A stretch of 56,822 nt of DNA, from positions 1-56,822 of the forward strand of contig JBDKFG010000028.1 in NCBI GenBank assembly GCA_039798785.1. The letters are read 5' to 3'. The translations under genes and the position numbers were made by a program. Below are positions 11,370 to 23,362 of this stretch, one piece after another. The notes under the pieces were generated by a model, which was not told the origin of the DNA, ran no database searches, and was given only the letters and a program-made list of their open reading frames with translations. Source of the stretch: Verrucomicrobiota bacterium. Lineage in GTDB: Bacteria; Verrucomicrobiota; Lentisphaeria; Lentisphaerales; Lentisphaeraceae. Every line of letters begins with the position of its first letter. Within the stretch, counting starts at the first letter, position 1.

Positions 11370-12280
11370 ATGGGAATGGCCGTCGTCCTTCGCAATGACT
11401 TCATCGAGATGGAAGTTTCGCCCGAGCTCGGCGGCAAGATCAGCCGCCTTTGCGATCGCCGCACCGGCCGCGACTGGCTGTGGAAGAATCCCCACCTGCC
11501 GATGCGTCCGCCGCAATACGGCGAGTCCTATGTCGAAAAGATCGACTCCGGCGGCTGGGACGAAATCTTCCCCTCGGTGTCGCCCAGCCGAGCCGGCGGT
11601 TTCGACATTCCCGATCACGGCGACCTCGTCGGCCTGCCTTGGGAAGTGATCGAGCAGAGCGACAAGATGCTGTTTCTCGGCTGCGACACTCGCTTCGCCG
11701 AGTGCCGTTTCGAGCGCTGCATCACCTTGGAAAACGAACGGGTGACCTTCGAATACATCCTCAGCAACTGCTCGGACAAGACCGTCCCCTGGCTGTGGTG
11801 CGCCCACCCGCTGATCGCCCTCGAAGCCGGCATGCGACTGTCGCTGCCCTTGAACACGCCGATGAGCCTCAAGGGCGGCGTCGGGGTGGTGCCGGAGGAG
11901 TTTTCCTGGCCGCTGTTGGAGCGCAACGATCTGCCCTCGCTCGATCGCATCCCCGATCCCGATGCGCCGGGTTTCCGTCCCTTCGCCGCCAAGATCTTCA
12001 GCGAGGCCAATGTCCTCAGCCGCTTCAGCATCTTCAGTCCTGATCAAGCCTCGGTGCTGCGCTTCGCCTGGAACTGGCGCGACACGCCCTTCCTCGGCCT
12101 CTGGCTCAACTGCCGCGGCTGGTCGGGCTGCGGCTCGGCGCCCTACTTCAATCTCGGCATCGAACCTGCGACTGCTCCCTGGGATGATTTGGCCGACGCC
12201 ATCACCGACGGCAGCGCCCGCAGCCTCGCCCCCGGGGACGTCCGCCAGTGGTCCTTCGAAATCCGCTTGGAGTCCTGCTT

Positions 12281-12284
<4 letters not shown>
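11370..12284 (+). CDS. Galactose mutarotase-like / aldose 1-epimerase superfamily protein
   Basis: Motifs PELGGKI, GGWDEIFP, PDHG, WCAHP, LGLWLN, LGIEP; first gene of the sugar operon. Confidence 0.7.
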
Positions 12285-13785
<1,501 letters not shown>

Positions 13786-13789
<4 letters not shown>

Positions 13790-14766
13790 GCACTGAAACC
13801 TCCTCCGCGCCGAAGCGCCCGAAATTCCGCCATCTCGAACAGCTCAGCATGGCCATCGTCTGCATCCTGGTCATGGGCTGCGCCTGCATTTTCGTCGACG
13901 GCTTCGCCACCATCGGCAACGCCACCGGCATGCTGCTCACCATGTCGATCGTCGGCATGCTCTGCTGCACCATGCTCTTCTGCCTGGCCAGCGGCGATTT
14001 CGACCTGTCGATCGGCTCGGTCGTCGCCCTTGCCGGGGTCTCGGCTGTCTGCGTCGCCAACGCCCAGCACAGCGTCGTCCTCGGGGTCTGCGCCGGCGTC
14101 GGTGTCGGCGGTCTCATCGGCCTGCTCAACGGCAGTGTCGTCGCCTATTTGAAGATCAACCCGCTGATCACCACCCTCGCCACCATGCAGGCGGCGCGCG
14201 GCCTCGCCTACATCGCCGGCGACGGCAAAACCGTCACTGCCTCGGAGGACTTCGCCAAGCTCGGCGGCAGCCTGTCGATCCCCTGGGGTTCCGGCCACAT
14301 CTCGATCGGCTACTCGGTGCTGGTGATGCTCGCCCTGCTGGTGATCTTCGGCGTCGTCCTGCACTACAGCGTCTTCGGCCGCTCGGTCCTCGCCCTCGGC
14401 GGCAACGAAGAGGCCGCCCGCCTCGCCGGCATCCCGGTGAAACGCACCCGCCTGATGGTCTTCGTCCTGCAGGGCCTGGTCGCCGGGCTCGCCGGCGTCC
14501 TCCTCGCCGCCCGCCTGCAGACCGGCGACCCCAAGGCCGAAGTCGGCCTCGAGCTGAAAGTGATCTCCGCCTGCGTCCTCGGCGGCGTCGCCCTCACCGG
14601 CGGACGCGGCAGCATCTTCGCCGTCATCTGGGGCATGTTGATCATGGGCACGGTGCAGCGCGCCATGGACCTGCAGCAGATCGGCATCTACTGGCAGTTC
14701 CTCATCACCGGCAGCATCCTCCTCGCCGCCGTCATCATCGACCGATTCAAAAGCAAGCTCGGGTGA
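13786..14766 (+). CDS. araH: L-arabinose ABC transporter permease
   Basis: MLFCLASGDFDLS, INPLITTLATMQ, LGGNEEAARLAGI, VISACVLGGV. Confidence 0.88.
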
Positions 14767-14875
14767 GGTGGAATTCAAAATTCCAGATTCAAAATTCAAT
14801 ATAACAGCAACAAAATCAAGCAATAAAAAATGAAAAAACGCACCAGTGCGTCAACCGTCAACTCCGGATTTTTGG

Positions 14876-16039
14876 ATGAATAACTCTCATGACCCCGTCC
14901 TCCGCCTGCGACAGGCCTTCGGACAAGAAGCCAGCCTGATCGCCGCCGCCTCCGGCCGCCTCGAGATCCTCGGCAACCACACCGACTACAACGAAGGATT
15001 TGTCCTCTCCTGCGCCGTCGAACAGCGCTGCCAGGTCGCCTTCGCCGTCGCCCCCGGCGACAAGTGCCTGGTGTGGAGCGAAGACCTCGATGAAGCGATC
15101 GCCTTCCGTCTCGACCAGGCCGGCGACTTCGAGCCGCGCCGCTGGGGCGGCTATGTCCGCTGCGTCGTCGATCAACTGCTGCGTCGCGGCGTCAAGCTCA
15201 AGCCTTTCGCCGCCGCGATCCGCTCCAGCGTGCCCCTCTCCGCCGGAATGAGCAGCTCCGCCGCCCTCGAAGTCGCCTTGATCACCGGCCTCCTCAAGCT
15301 CAGCGGCGCCGAGCTCAGCCCCGGCGACATCGCCCGTGTCGGCCAGGCGGCGGAAAGCGCTGCCACCGGCGCCCGCACCGGCCTGATGGACCAACTCACC
15401 TCCTGCCTCGGCCGCCCCGATCAACTCGTGCTCTCCGAATACCGCGGCCTCTCGGTCCGCCATGTCGCCATGCCCGCCGGCTACGCCTGGGTCGTCGTCG
15501 ACTCTGGCGAGAAGCACGACCTCAGCCAGGAATACAACCAGCGCCGCGCCGCCTGCGAACGCGCCGCTGCGGTCCTCGCAAAACTCGAAGCCGGCGTCAG
15601 CACCTTGCGCGACGTCTCGCCGGACACCCTCGAGCGCCACGCCGCGGCCATCGGCGAGGATCTGCCCTTCGCCCGACATGTGGTGGAGGAATGCGACCGC
15701 GTCTTGCGCGGCGAAAAGCTGCTGCTCGCCGGCGACGTCACCGCCTTCGGCCAGCTCCTCTTCGATTCGCACCTCAGCTCGCAGAACAACTTCCGCAATT
15801 CCTGCCTCGGCCTCGACCGCCTCGTCGGCTTCGCCCGCCAGGACCGCCGCTGCCTCGGCGCCCGCCTCTCCGGCGGCGGCTTCGGCGGCGTCAGCATTCA
15901 CCTCGTCAAAGCCAGCGACGCCGAGGCCTACGCCGCCGACATCACCAAGGCCTTCACCCGCGACGGCAAGCAGCCCTGGCACACCATCGCCCGCATCGGC
16001 GGTGGACCCAGCGTGGATGAATTAAGAATTAAGAGTTAA
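14876..16039 (+). CDS. galK: Galactokinase (GHMP kinase)
   Basis: GRLEILGNHTDYNEGFVL, PLSAGMSSSAA, GLMDQ, GARLSGGGFGG. Confidence 0.85.
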   Translation: MNNSHDPVLRLRQAFGQEASLIAAASGRLEILGNHTDYNEGFVLSCAVEQRCQVAFAVAPGDKCLVWSEDLDEAIAFRLDQAGDFEPRRWGGYVRCVVDQLLRRGVKLKPFAAAIRSSVPLSAGMSSSAALEVALITGLLKLSGAELSPGDIARVGQAAESAATGARTGLMDQLTSCLGRPDQLVLSEYRGLSVRHVAMPAGYAWVVVDSGEKHDLSQEYNQRRAACERAAAVLAKLEAGVSTLRDVSPDTLERHAAAIGEDLPFARHVVEECDRVLRGEKLLLAGDVTAFGQLLFDSHLSSQNNFRNSCLGLDRLVGFARQDRRCLGARLSGGGFGGVSIHLVKASDAEAYAADITKAFTRDGKQPWHTIARIGGGPSVDELRIKS

Positions 16040-16226
16040 GAGTTAAGAATGAAGCGGCAACAATCAGCTGCCTCTTCGCTCTTGGTTCGATTCTTAAAAC
16101 TCCCAATTCCCAAGTGCTCAGTATCTTCGCTCTAGCTCATCGTTCAATTCTTAACTCTTAACTCTTAACTCTTAACTCTTAACTCTTAACTCTTAACTCT
16201 TAACTCTTAACTCTTAACTCTTAACT
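16020..16226. repeat. Heptamer tandem repeat (TTAACTC)x10 at 16151-16220 with an inverted arm (AAGAGTT/AAGAATT)n at 16020-16050
   Basis: Ten perfect copies counted directly; the inverted arm includes the galK stop codon. Confidence 0.92.
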
Positions 16227-16242
16227 GCTCAGGAGCTCCCCC

Positions 16243-17244
16243 ATGAACCTCATCCGTTTCGCCACGACCGCCCTCTGCCTCGCCTCCTTCGCCTTCGGCT
16301 GCAAGAAGGCCGATGAACAAGCTGCCGGCCCGGCCAAAACCCGCATCGGCTACATCGTCAAAGACGCCACCGGTGAATGGTTCCAGAACGAAATTCGCTT
16401 CGCCAAAGAAGCAGCTGCCAAGGACGGCTTCGAGATCATCGCCATGCCCGCCCCGGACGGCGGCGCCGTGATGAACGCCCTCGATGCCGTCGCCAACAAG
16501 GGCTGCCAAGCCACGGTTTTGTGCTCGCCCGACGTCAAGCTCGGCCCTGCCATCGTCCGCGCCTGCCAGGAGAAGAATCTCAAGCTGATCACCGTCGACG
16601 ACCAGCTCGTCGGCGCCGATGGCAATCCCCTCGCCAGCGTCCCCCACCTCGGCATCTCCGCAACCGAGATCGGCAAACTGGTCGGCACCTCGCTCTACGA
16701 CGAAGCCGTTAAGCGTGGCTGGAAGCTGGAGGAGACCGGCGTGCTTGCCCTCACTCACGAGCAATTGCCGACCGCCATCGCCCGCGTCGAAGGCGCCATC
16801 GCCGGACTCGGCGCCAAAGGCTTCGCCGCCGCCCGCATCTTCAAGGTCGCCCAGCCCGAACAGACCATCGCCTCGGCCAACGCCGCCGCCGAAACCGTGC
16901 TGCAAAAACACCCCGAGATCAAGCACTGGCTGATCTGCGGCATGAACGACGACGCCGTCCTCGGCGGCGTCCGCCGCTTCGAAAAAGACCTCGCCGCCAC
17001 CGACATCATCGGCATCGGCATCAATGGCGATGCCGCCGCCCTCGCCGAGTTCACCGCCGCCAAGCCCACCGGTTTCTTTGGAACCATCCAGCTCGAAGCC
17101 CGCAAACACGGCGAAGACACCGCCCGCCTCGCCTTCAAATGGGTCAAGGAAGGCGTCGCACCGCCCGCCGCCACCCTCACCGTCGGCCGCTTGATGACCC
17201 GCGACAACTTCCGCGAGGTCCGCAAAGAGCTCGGCCTCGAATGA
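16243..17244 (+). CDS. araF: L-arabinose/galactose-binding periplasmic (lipo)protein
   Basis: AGGAG RBS; lipobox-like AFGC; WFQNE, CSPDVKLGPAIV, LITVDD, GMNDDAVLGGVR, GIGING. Confidence 0.88.
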   Translation: MNLIRFATTALCLASFAFGCKKADEQAAGPAKTRIGYIVKDATGEWFQNEIRFAKEAAAKDGFEIIAMPAPDGGAVMNALDAVANKGCQATVLCSPDVKLGPAIVRACQEKNLKLITVDDQLVGADGNPLASVPHLGISATEIGKLVGTSLYDEAVKRGWKLEETGVLALTHEQLPTAIARVEGAIAGLGAKGFAAARIFKVAQPEQTIASANAAAETVLQKHPEIKHWLICGMNDDAVLGGVRRFEKDLAATDIIGIGINGDAAALAEFTAAKPTGFFGTIQLEARKHGEDTARLAFKWVKEGVAPPAATLTVGRLMTRDNFREVRKELGLE

Positions 17245-17294
17245 AGAATCTCAATCCGACGGCATTTTCAGCCGATCATCTCAAGGACTGAACC

Positions 17295-18326
17295 ATGCAC
17301 ATCCTCGTCACCGGCGGCGCCGGTTACATCGGCAGCCACACCTGCATCGAACTGCTCGGCCGCGGCCACCGCGTCACCGTCCTCGACAACCTGTGCAACT
17401 CCAGCACCGTTTCGCTCGACCGCGTCCAGCAGATCTGCGGCCAACGCCCCGCCTTCGTCCAGGCCGACCTGCGCGACCGTCCGGCCCTCGAAAGCCTCTT
17501 CGCTGAAGCCGCAAAAAGCGGCGGTTTCGACGCCGTCATCCATTTCGCCGCCCTCAAGGCCGTCGGCGAATCCGTCGCCCAGCCGCTGCGTTATTACGAG
17601 AACAACATCTCGGGCTCGATCACTCTCTTCGAAGTGATGGAGAAACACGGCTGCCGCCGCCTCATCTTCTCTTCCTCCGCCACCGTCTACGGCCTGCCCG
17701 AAAAACTGCCGATCAGCGAGTCGGAATCGATCAAGCCGACCAACCCCTACGGCCACACCAAGTCGATGATGGAACAGGTGCTCCTCGACACCGCCGCCGC
17801 CCACGCCTGGAACGTCACCCTGCTGCGCTACTTCAACCCGGTCGGCGCCCACCCCAGCGGCCTGATCGGCGAAGATCCGGAATTCCCCAACAACCTGATG
17901 CCCTTCGTCGCCCAGGTCGCCGCCGGACGCCGTCCCAAGGTGACGATTTTCGGCGACGACTGGCCGACTCCCGACGGCACCGGTGTGCGTGACTACCTGC
18001 ACGTCTGCGACCTCGCCGCGGCGCACGTCGACGCCCTCGAAAAAGCCGCGCCCGGCGCCGCCACCGCGATCTACAACGTCGGCACCGGCACCGGCTATTC
18101 GGTGAAGGAGATGATCGCCGCCTTCGAAGTCGCCTGCGGCCACCCCGTCCCCAGCGTCATTGGTCCCCGCCGCGACGGCGACGTCCCGACCGTGGTCGCC
18201 GAAGCCTCCCTGATCCGTCAGCGCCTCGGCTGGGAAGCCAAGCTCGGCCTGCAGGAAATGGTCCGCGACGCCTGGAACTGGCAGCGCCGCAATCCGATGG
18301 GCTTCAAGGGAGCTTTGTTGGATTGA
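17295..18326 (+). CDS. galE: UDP-glucose 4-epimerase
   Basis: GGAGYIGSH, HFAALKAVGES, SSSATVYG, YGHTK, LRYFNPVGAHPSG. Confidence 0.95.
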   Translation: MHILVTGGAGYIGSHTCIELLGRGHRVTVLDNLCNSSTVSLDRVQQICGQRPAFVQADLRDRPALESLFAEAAKSGGFDAVIHFAALKAVGESVAQPLRYYENNISGSITLFEVMEKHGCRRLIFSSSATVYGLPEKLPISESESIKPTNPYGHTKSMMEQVLLDTAAAHAWNVTLLRYFNPVGAHPSGLIGEDPEFPNNLMPFVAQVAAGRRPKVTIFGDDWPTPDGTGVRDYLHVCDLAAAHVDALEKAAPGAATAIYNVGTGTGYSVKEMIAAFEVACGHPVPSVIGPRRDGDVPTVVAEASLIRQRLGWEAKLGLQEMVRDAWNWQRRNPMGFKGALLD

Positions 18327-18329
18327 GGC

Positions 18330-18842
18330 TCAAGGCCGGGCGTTGAGTTTTTCGACCAGCTGGTTATGGAGGCGGGTGCGTTCTTCGAGGAGTTTCTGGG
18401 ATTCCTCGAAGCGGAGCAGGAGGGCGCGGTATTGCGCCTCGTTGCGGGCGTTCTCGGCGCTGCCGGCGATCAGCTTGGCCTCAATCTCGGCGATGCGGGC
18501 GTCGCGTTCGTCACTGGCCTTCTGCCAGGCGGCGTTTTGCTGTTGGAGTCCGAGCCGCTCGGCGGCAAGGGCCGCTTTCTCCTCTTCGACTTGGCGCAAC
18601 CTGGCGCGGGACTCGCTGCCGGAGCGGCTGCTGGCGCCAAGCTGGGAGCGGAAGCTGGCGAGATCGGCGGCCAGAGACGTTTTTTCGGCCTCGAGCCGGG
18701 CCGCCTCGTGCCGCAGCCGCTCATGCTCGGCCCGGCCCTGGCCGAGCTGGCTCTGCAAGGCGGCGTTCTCCTGCCATTGCAAGAGGCAGAGGAGGCCCAG
18801 CAGCAGGACCCCGAGGGCGTTGATCAGGTGCAGCCTCTTCAT
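18330..18842 (-). CDS. Membrane-anchored coiled-coil hypothetical protein (exbD-linked)
   Basis: N-terminal hydrophobic helix followed by Q/E/R-rich heptads; overlaps the exbD stop. Confidence 0.7.
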   Translation of the reverse strand: MKRLHLINALGVLLLGLLCLLQWQENAALQSQLGQGRAEHERLRHEAARLEAEKTSLAADLASFRSQLGASSRSGSESRARLRQVEEEKAALAAERLGLQQQNAAWQKASDERDARIAEIEAKLIAGSAENARNEAQYRALLLRFEESQKLLEERTRLHNQLVEKLNARP

Positions 18843-19261
18843 GGCGTCGCCGGCTCGGTGGCGAGCGAGGCCTGGTCGATGCCGGCGCGGCGGACCAGGT
18901 CGAGCAGGGCGCTGACCTGGCGGTGACGGGCTTCGGCGTCGGCGCGGACCAGGACGCGAAGGCGGGGATTGGCGAGGCGGGCCTGGCTTAGGCGGGTGAG
19001 AAGCTCATTCGGGGCGATCGGGGTCTCACCGTGGAAGAAGGCGCCGTCGGCGTCGACAGCGAGGACGAGGAGGTCGCGGGGGGTCTCGGTGACGGCGGCG
19101 CTGGCGGGGGGCAGTTCGACCTTGTGGCTGCTCATCTGGATGATTTTGAGGCTGGCGAGCATGAAGGCGGCGAGGAGGAAGAACATGATGTCGATCAAGG
19201 GGATGATTTCGATCCGGGCTTCCGGCTCGCGGGGGAGCTTGCTGCCGAGGCGGACCGGCAT
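18839..19261 (-). CDS. exbD: Biopolymer transport protein ExbD/TolR
   Basis: IEIIPLIDIMFFLLAAFM; VRADAEA. Confidence 0.9.
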   Translation of the reverse strand: MPVRLGSKLPREPEARIEIIPLIDIMFFLLAAFMLASLKIIQMSSHKVELPPASAAVTETPRDLLVLAVDADGAFFHGETPIAPNELLTRLSQARLANPRLRVLVRADAEARHRQVSALLDLVRRAGIDQASLATEPATP

Positions 19262-19959
19262 CAGAGTGCCTCGCGGGAGGCGTCGCCGGCGGCTTGGAGG
19301 GCGCGGCGTCGTGAGAAGTCCTCGAGGTCATGGCCGTGGTGCTTGGCGGCTTCGACCAGCAGTTCGGCGTGGTTGATGCTGCGTTCGAGGCGGGCTCTGA
19401 GGGTGCCGAGTCGGCGGTTGAAGTAGTTGTAGGGCAGGAGGCAGAGCATCGCGATGCCGAGGCCGAAGGCGGTGGCGATGAGGGCTTCGCCGATGCCGCT
19501 GCCTAGCTTGATTGCGGCGATCTCGCCTTGGCCGACGAAGGAGAAGCTGCCCATGATGCCGATCACTGTGCCGAGGAGGCCGAGCAGGGGGGCGAGGGTG
19601 ATGAAGGTGCTGAGGATCCAGAGCCGTGCCTCGGCCTTCTCGAGCTCATCGGAGGCGCGCAGCTGCATCGCGCCGAGGAGCGAGCTGTGGGCGTGGACGA
19701 TGCCTTCATGGACGGTGGCGAGGAAGGGGTCGTCGCTGCCCTGGCTGAGTTCGCGGGCTTCGTCGAAGCGGCCGGCGCCGAGGGCGGCGAAGACGCGTTC
19801 GAGCTGGCGTTCCGAGCTGCGGCGGCTGTGTTGGCGCCACCAAAAGCTGCGCTCAAGGATGACCACCACCGCCATCAGGCAGCAGAGGAGGATGGGGATC
19901 ATGATCGGGCCGCCCCGCACGAGAAAGTCGTAGGCGGCGTTGGCTAAGATTGGGCTCAT
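19261..19959 (-). CDS. exbB: MotA/TolQ/ExbB proton channel
   Basis: GGPIMIPIL, APLLGLLGTVIG, GIGEALIATAFGL. Confidence 0.9.
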   Translation of the reverse strand: MSPILANAAYDFLVRGGPIMIPILLCCLMAVVVILERSFWWRQHSRRSSERQLERVFAALGAGRFDEARELSQGSDDPFLATVHEGIVHAHSSLLGAMQLRASDELEKAEARLWILSTFITLAPLLGLLGTVIGIMGSFSFVGQGEIAAIKLGSGIGEALIATAFGLGIAMLCLLPYNYFNRRLGTLRARLERSINHAELLVEAAKHHGHDLEDFSRRRALQAAGDASREAL

Positions 19960-20678
19960 GGTTTTTTCTCGCGCAAGAGGAACTGGAAGGTCATGGTGTA
20001 GCGGCGTTCCTCGCCGTGTGAGAAGCGCCATTCCTCCCGGATGACGCGGAGGACTTCGCGGTTGAGGAGTTCCCAGCGGCAGGGAGAGCTGAGGCGAACA
20101 TCGGTCATCCTGCCGTTTTTGTCGACTGTGATCTCGGCTCGGATCTCGCCCTCCTGACCGCGTTCGCGGGCGAGCCGCGGGTAGCGAGGCATTTTCTGGG
20201 CCCCCTCGCCGATGCCGGGGAGCAGGAGGATCGGGCCGCGGGGCTGCTCCGGCCGGGGCTGAGCTTTCTCGCGCGCCGCGACAGCCTGCTTCGGTGCGGG
20301 TGCGACACTTCGCGCTTTGAGCTCAAGCAGGGGAGGGGCGGCGAAGGCGGGCAGCGGCGGCAAGCGGCCGGGCGCTGGCGCCGACGACGCCGGAGGCAGC
20401 GGGGAAGGGGCGGCGAAGCTTGGCCGGGGCGTCGTGGTCTCGGCGGAAGGTGCCGGGGCGCCGTCGAGGCCTTCATCGAGCTTGATTTCGATGCGGGAGG
20501 GCGGCGGCACCGCAGCGGGGGGTGGGGCGGCGCCGATTCCCAGAGCGCGAGGGGCTGCGAAGCTGAAGAGGCCGATGGCGAGCAGCCCGAGCCAGAGAAC
20601 GAAGGTGCCGAGAGGCAGCCAGGCCGAATCGCCGCTGCTCGACTCCCACCCATTTCCGGACTGCCTGCTGCTCTTCAT
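19956..20678 (-). CDS. tonB: TonB family protein
   Basis: TM helix, Pro/Ala-rich linker, C-terminal PRYPRLARERGQEG. Start chosen at MKSSRQ. Confidence 0.8.
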   Translation of the reverse strand: MKSSRQSGNGWESSSGDSAWLPLGTFVLWLGLLAIGLFSFAAPRALGIGAAPPPAAVPPPSRIEIKLDEGLDGAPAPSAETTTPRPSFAAPSPLPPASSAPAPGRLPPLPAFAAPPLLELKARSVAPAPKQAVAAREKAQPRPEQPRGPILLLPGIGEGAQKMPRYPRLARERGQEGEIRAEITVDKNGRMTDVRLSSPCRWELLNREVLRVIREEWRFSHGEERRYTMTFQFLLREKKP

Positions 20679-20773
20679 CGGGGCCGCCTTTACTCTGCTT
20701 TCTGACTGGATTGCCGGATCCAGCGCCGGCCGGTGAAGATAGCACAAAGCTGCGGACGGGCTTGCCCGCTTTT

Positions 20774-22915
20774 TCAGCGACTGCCGGGGCCGAGAGCCAT
20801 TTCCAGTGCCTGGCGGGTGTCGGGCGAGTCGTGGAGCTGGAGGGAGCGGCGGAGATGTCCGACGGCCTCGTCGCGCAGGCCCATCTGGAGCTGCAGAAGT
20901 CCGAGGTTGTAGAGAAGACGGGCGTTGTCCGGGTCGCGCTTGGCTGATTCCAGGAAGGAGGCGAGGGCGCCTTTGCGGTCGCCGCTCTCGTTGAGGAGCA
21001 GGGCGAGGGAGTAGTGCAGGGCGGCGTTGCCGTCTTCGCGCTTGATCGCTTCGCGGAAGGCGGCGGCAGAGTCGCCGGGGCGTCCGAGCGCGTGGTAGAA
21101 GTGGGCCAGGGTTTCGAAGCCGCCGGCGGAGTTGTCCCAGCTGGCTGCGCGCTTCATCCACAGCTCGGCCTCGCCGAGCTTGCCCTGGCTGCGCAGGTAT
21201 TCTCCTTGGCGCAAGGCGCCGGGAGGCTGGTCGCGGACCCAGAGGAGCTGGGTTTCGATCTCCTGACGCTCCGGCGAGTCGGCGGCCAGCTCAGGCAGGA
21301 GGGCCCAGGCGGCATCGATGCGCACCATTTTGACGGGATCCTTGAGGAGCGGGCGGATCAAGGCGCGGCCGCCGGGAGCCGCAACCAGGCCGCGGATGCC
21401 GGCGGAACGGACCAGCGGGTGGGGGTGGCCTAGGGCTTCGCGCATTTCAACCTGCACCGCTTCCGTGGCGGCGGCGGGCGAAAGGAGGCTGAGGAGCGCG
21501 GCGCGCCAGGCCGGGATCTTCTCGTTCTTCAGTGCCTCCAGCAGGCCCGGCACCATCTGCGGATGGTAGTCCCGGCCGGCAGCCACCGCCGCGGCGCGCT
21601 GCCTGTCATGACGGCGCTTCGGAGACTCGAAGCCGGGACGCTTCTTCACTTCGGCGAGAGCCCAATCGACGCTTTTGTCGCTGTGGCAGCGGTTGCAGGC
21701 GTTGGGGACGCCGAGATCCTTGCTCATCTGAGGGTCGGGGCAGGTGAAGCCGTGATCGCGACGGGGATCGCGGACCATGTATTTGGTCTCGGGCATGTGG
21801 CAGTTGACGCAGAGATTCCCTTCCGAGCCGGCGGCGTGGCCGGAGTGGCTGAGGGGGTCGATCGGCTGGGCTCCCATCTGGGGGCTTTGGCCGTGGCATT
21901 GCAGGCAGAGAGAATTGTCTTTGATTGGCAGTCGGGTCTTGCCAGAATGGGGGTCGTGGCAGTGCAGGCATTGGACGCCGGCGTGGTGCATGCGGCTCAT
22001 CAGGAAGGATCCGTATTCGAAGTCTTCGTCGAGGATCTGGCCGTCGACGTGGTAGACGCCGGGCGCGTCGGCGAGCACCGGGCGGTGCGCGTCGAAGAAA
22101 TCCTGGCCCGGCCGGGGATCGCCGTCGAAGACTTCGCGGCGGGAGTGGCAGGAGGCGCAGGTCTGGGTGCTGCGGGCGAAGTCGCCTTTCATCGACAAGG
22201 GTTTTTCCGCCGGATTTTTCAGGTGCGCCTCGAGGCCGCTGTGGCATCGGGCGCAGGAGATGCCGAGCTCGGCGGCGCGGGTGTCGAAGCAGTCCTTGTC
22301 GCCGTCGTAGCCTTTGACGAAGCCGGTGGTATGGCATTCGAGGCACTGGCTGTTGGCGCACATTCCGCGGTTGAGCCAGTGTCCCCATTCCTCCGGCTGA
22401 CGGTCCTGGCCCTCGAAGACGTCAAACCACTCGCGCCTGCCGGTGTCGAGGGCCATGCCCACCGCCTGCAGGCGTCCGCCCGGATAGGGTGCGAGGAACT
22501 GCACCAGCGGGGCGACGCCGATCACCAGCTTGCCTTCGCTGCTCCAGCTGCGGCCGTCGCGGTGACGGGTGTCGAGCCGGAGGATCCCTTTGTCGAAGTG
22601 CATCCGGCTGGTGAAGGACTGGTGTTCAAGGATTTGTTCCGGGGCGAAGGCTGCCTGGTCTTTTTCGGTGGTGGCGCGGCGCAGGGCGTGCGCGTGCTGG
22701 GAGCCGCTCCACGATTGGAATTGCGCCGCGTGGCAGGATGCACACGCTTTCGCCGCGCCGTCGAGAGCTTCGGGGGCTTCAAGGACCGGCGGCGGCAGCG
22801 ACTTCGCCAGTTCCGCCGGGCGGGCGGGCGCCGCCGCCGGCGCCGGAGGAAGCGCCTTCTCCTTGCAGGAGACGAGAAGGAATAAGCAGAGCACTAGAGG
22901 GTTTGTGAGTCGCAT
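20774..22915 (-). CDS. Multiheme (8 CxxCH) cytochrome c lipoprotein with HEAT and TPR repeats
   Basis: Lipobox LVSC; CASCH, CLECH, CARCH, CASCH, CLHCH, CLQCH, CVNCH, CNRCH; C-terminal TPRs (YNLGLL). Confidence 0.88.
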   Translation of the reverse strand: MRLTNPLVLCLFLLVSCKEKALPPAPAAAPARPAELAKSLPPPVLEAPEALDGAAKACASCHAAQFQSWSGSQHAHALRRATTEKDQAAFAPEQILEHQSFTSRMHFDKGILRLDTRHRDGRSWSSEGKLVIGVAPLVQFLAPYPGGRLQAVGMALDTGRREWFDVFEGQDRQPEEWGHWLNRGMCANSQCLECHTTGFVKGYDGDKDCFDTRAAELGISCARCHSGLEAHLKNPAEKPLSMKGDFARSTQTCASCHSRREVFDGDPRPGQDFFDAHRPVLADAPGVYHVDGQILDEDFEYGSFLMSRMHHAGVQCLHCHDPHSGKTRLPIKDNSLCLQCHGQSPQMGAQPIDPLSHSGHAAGSEGNLCVNCHMPETKYMVRDPRRDHGFTCPDPQMSKDLGVPNACNRCHSDKSVDWALAEVKKRPGFESPKRRHDRQRAAAVAAGRDYHPQMVPGLLEALKNEKIPAWRAALLSLLSPAAATEAVQVEMREALGHPHPLVRSAGIRGLVAAPGGRALIRPLLKDPVKMVRIDAAWALLPELAADSPERQEIETQLLWVRDQPPGALRQGEYLRSQGKLGEAELWMKRAASWDNSAGGFETLAHFYHALGRPGDSAAAFREAIKREDGNAALHYSLALLLNESGDRKGALASFLESAKRDPDNARLLYNLGLLQLQMGLRDEAVGHLRRSLQLHDSPDTRQALEMALGPGSR

Positions 22916-23362
22916 GAGCTGGTCCTGGGATGATGGGGGAATTTAGCATCGGGGGTGATCTCTTCTTCATCGACCGGGGCGCGGCGCCCACGCCCGCTTG
23001 AGTTTTGGGAGCTGCTTTGGATTTTGGAAGGTGCTTGTTGTGCCATTTGTGGCCGTCTGGCTTTCTTCGCGTCTTCGTTCCCTCGAGTGATACGGGTCGG
23101 AATTTTGCGACGTGTATCACGCCGAATTGAGCTTGGATTAAGATGCATTCAAGCTGCTTTTCAGGGACTCAGGTAGTCAAAGCAATCCCTCGCTCCCTAG
23201 TTCCCGCCTCCCTAAGCTGTGATCCTGAAATCGAGTGAGACTGGTCGAGATTTTGTAGGATCGGCAAGGGGAAACCCTGCATTTTCTCGGCAGGCGGCAT
23301 AATTCTTCCCGCCGCCGCGTCAATTTCCCTATGATCTCCGCTCGAACAAGAAGGACTCCGCC

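Noticed and set aside
22955..23330. Lower-GC intergenic stretch with short ORFs and a possible IS end (CCTAGTTCCCGC)
   Set aside because: No recognisable protein motif, partner inverted repeat or target duplication could be supported.
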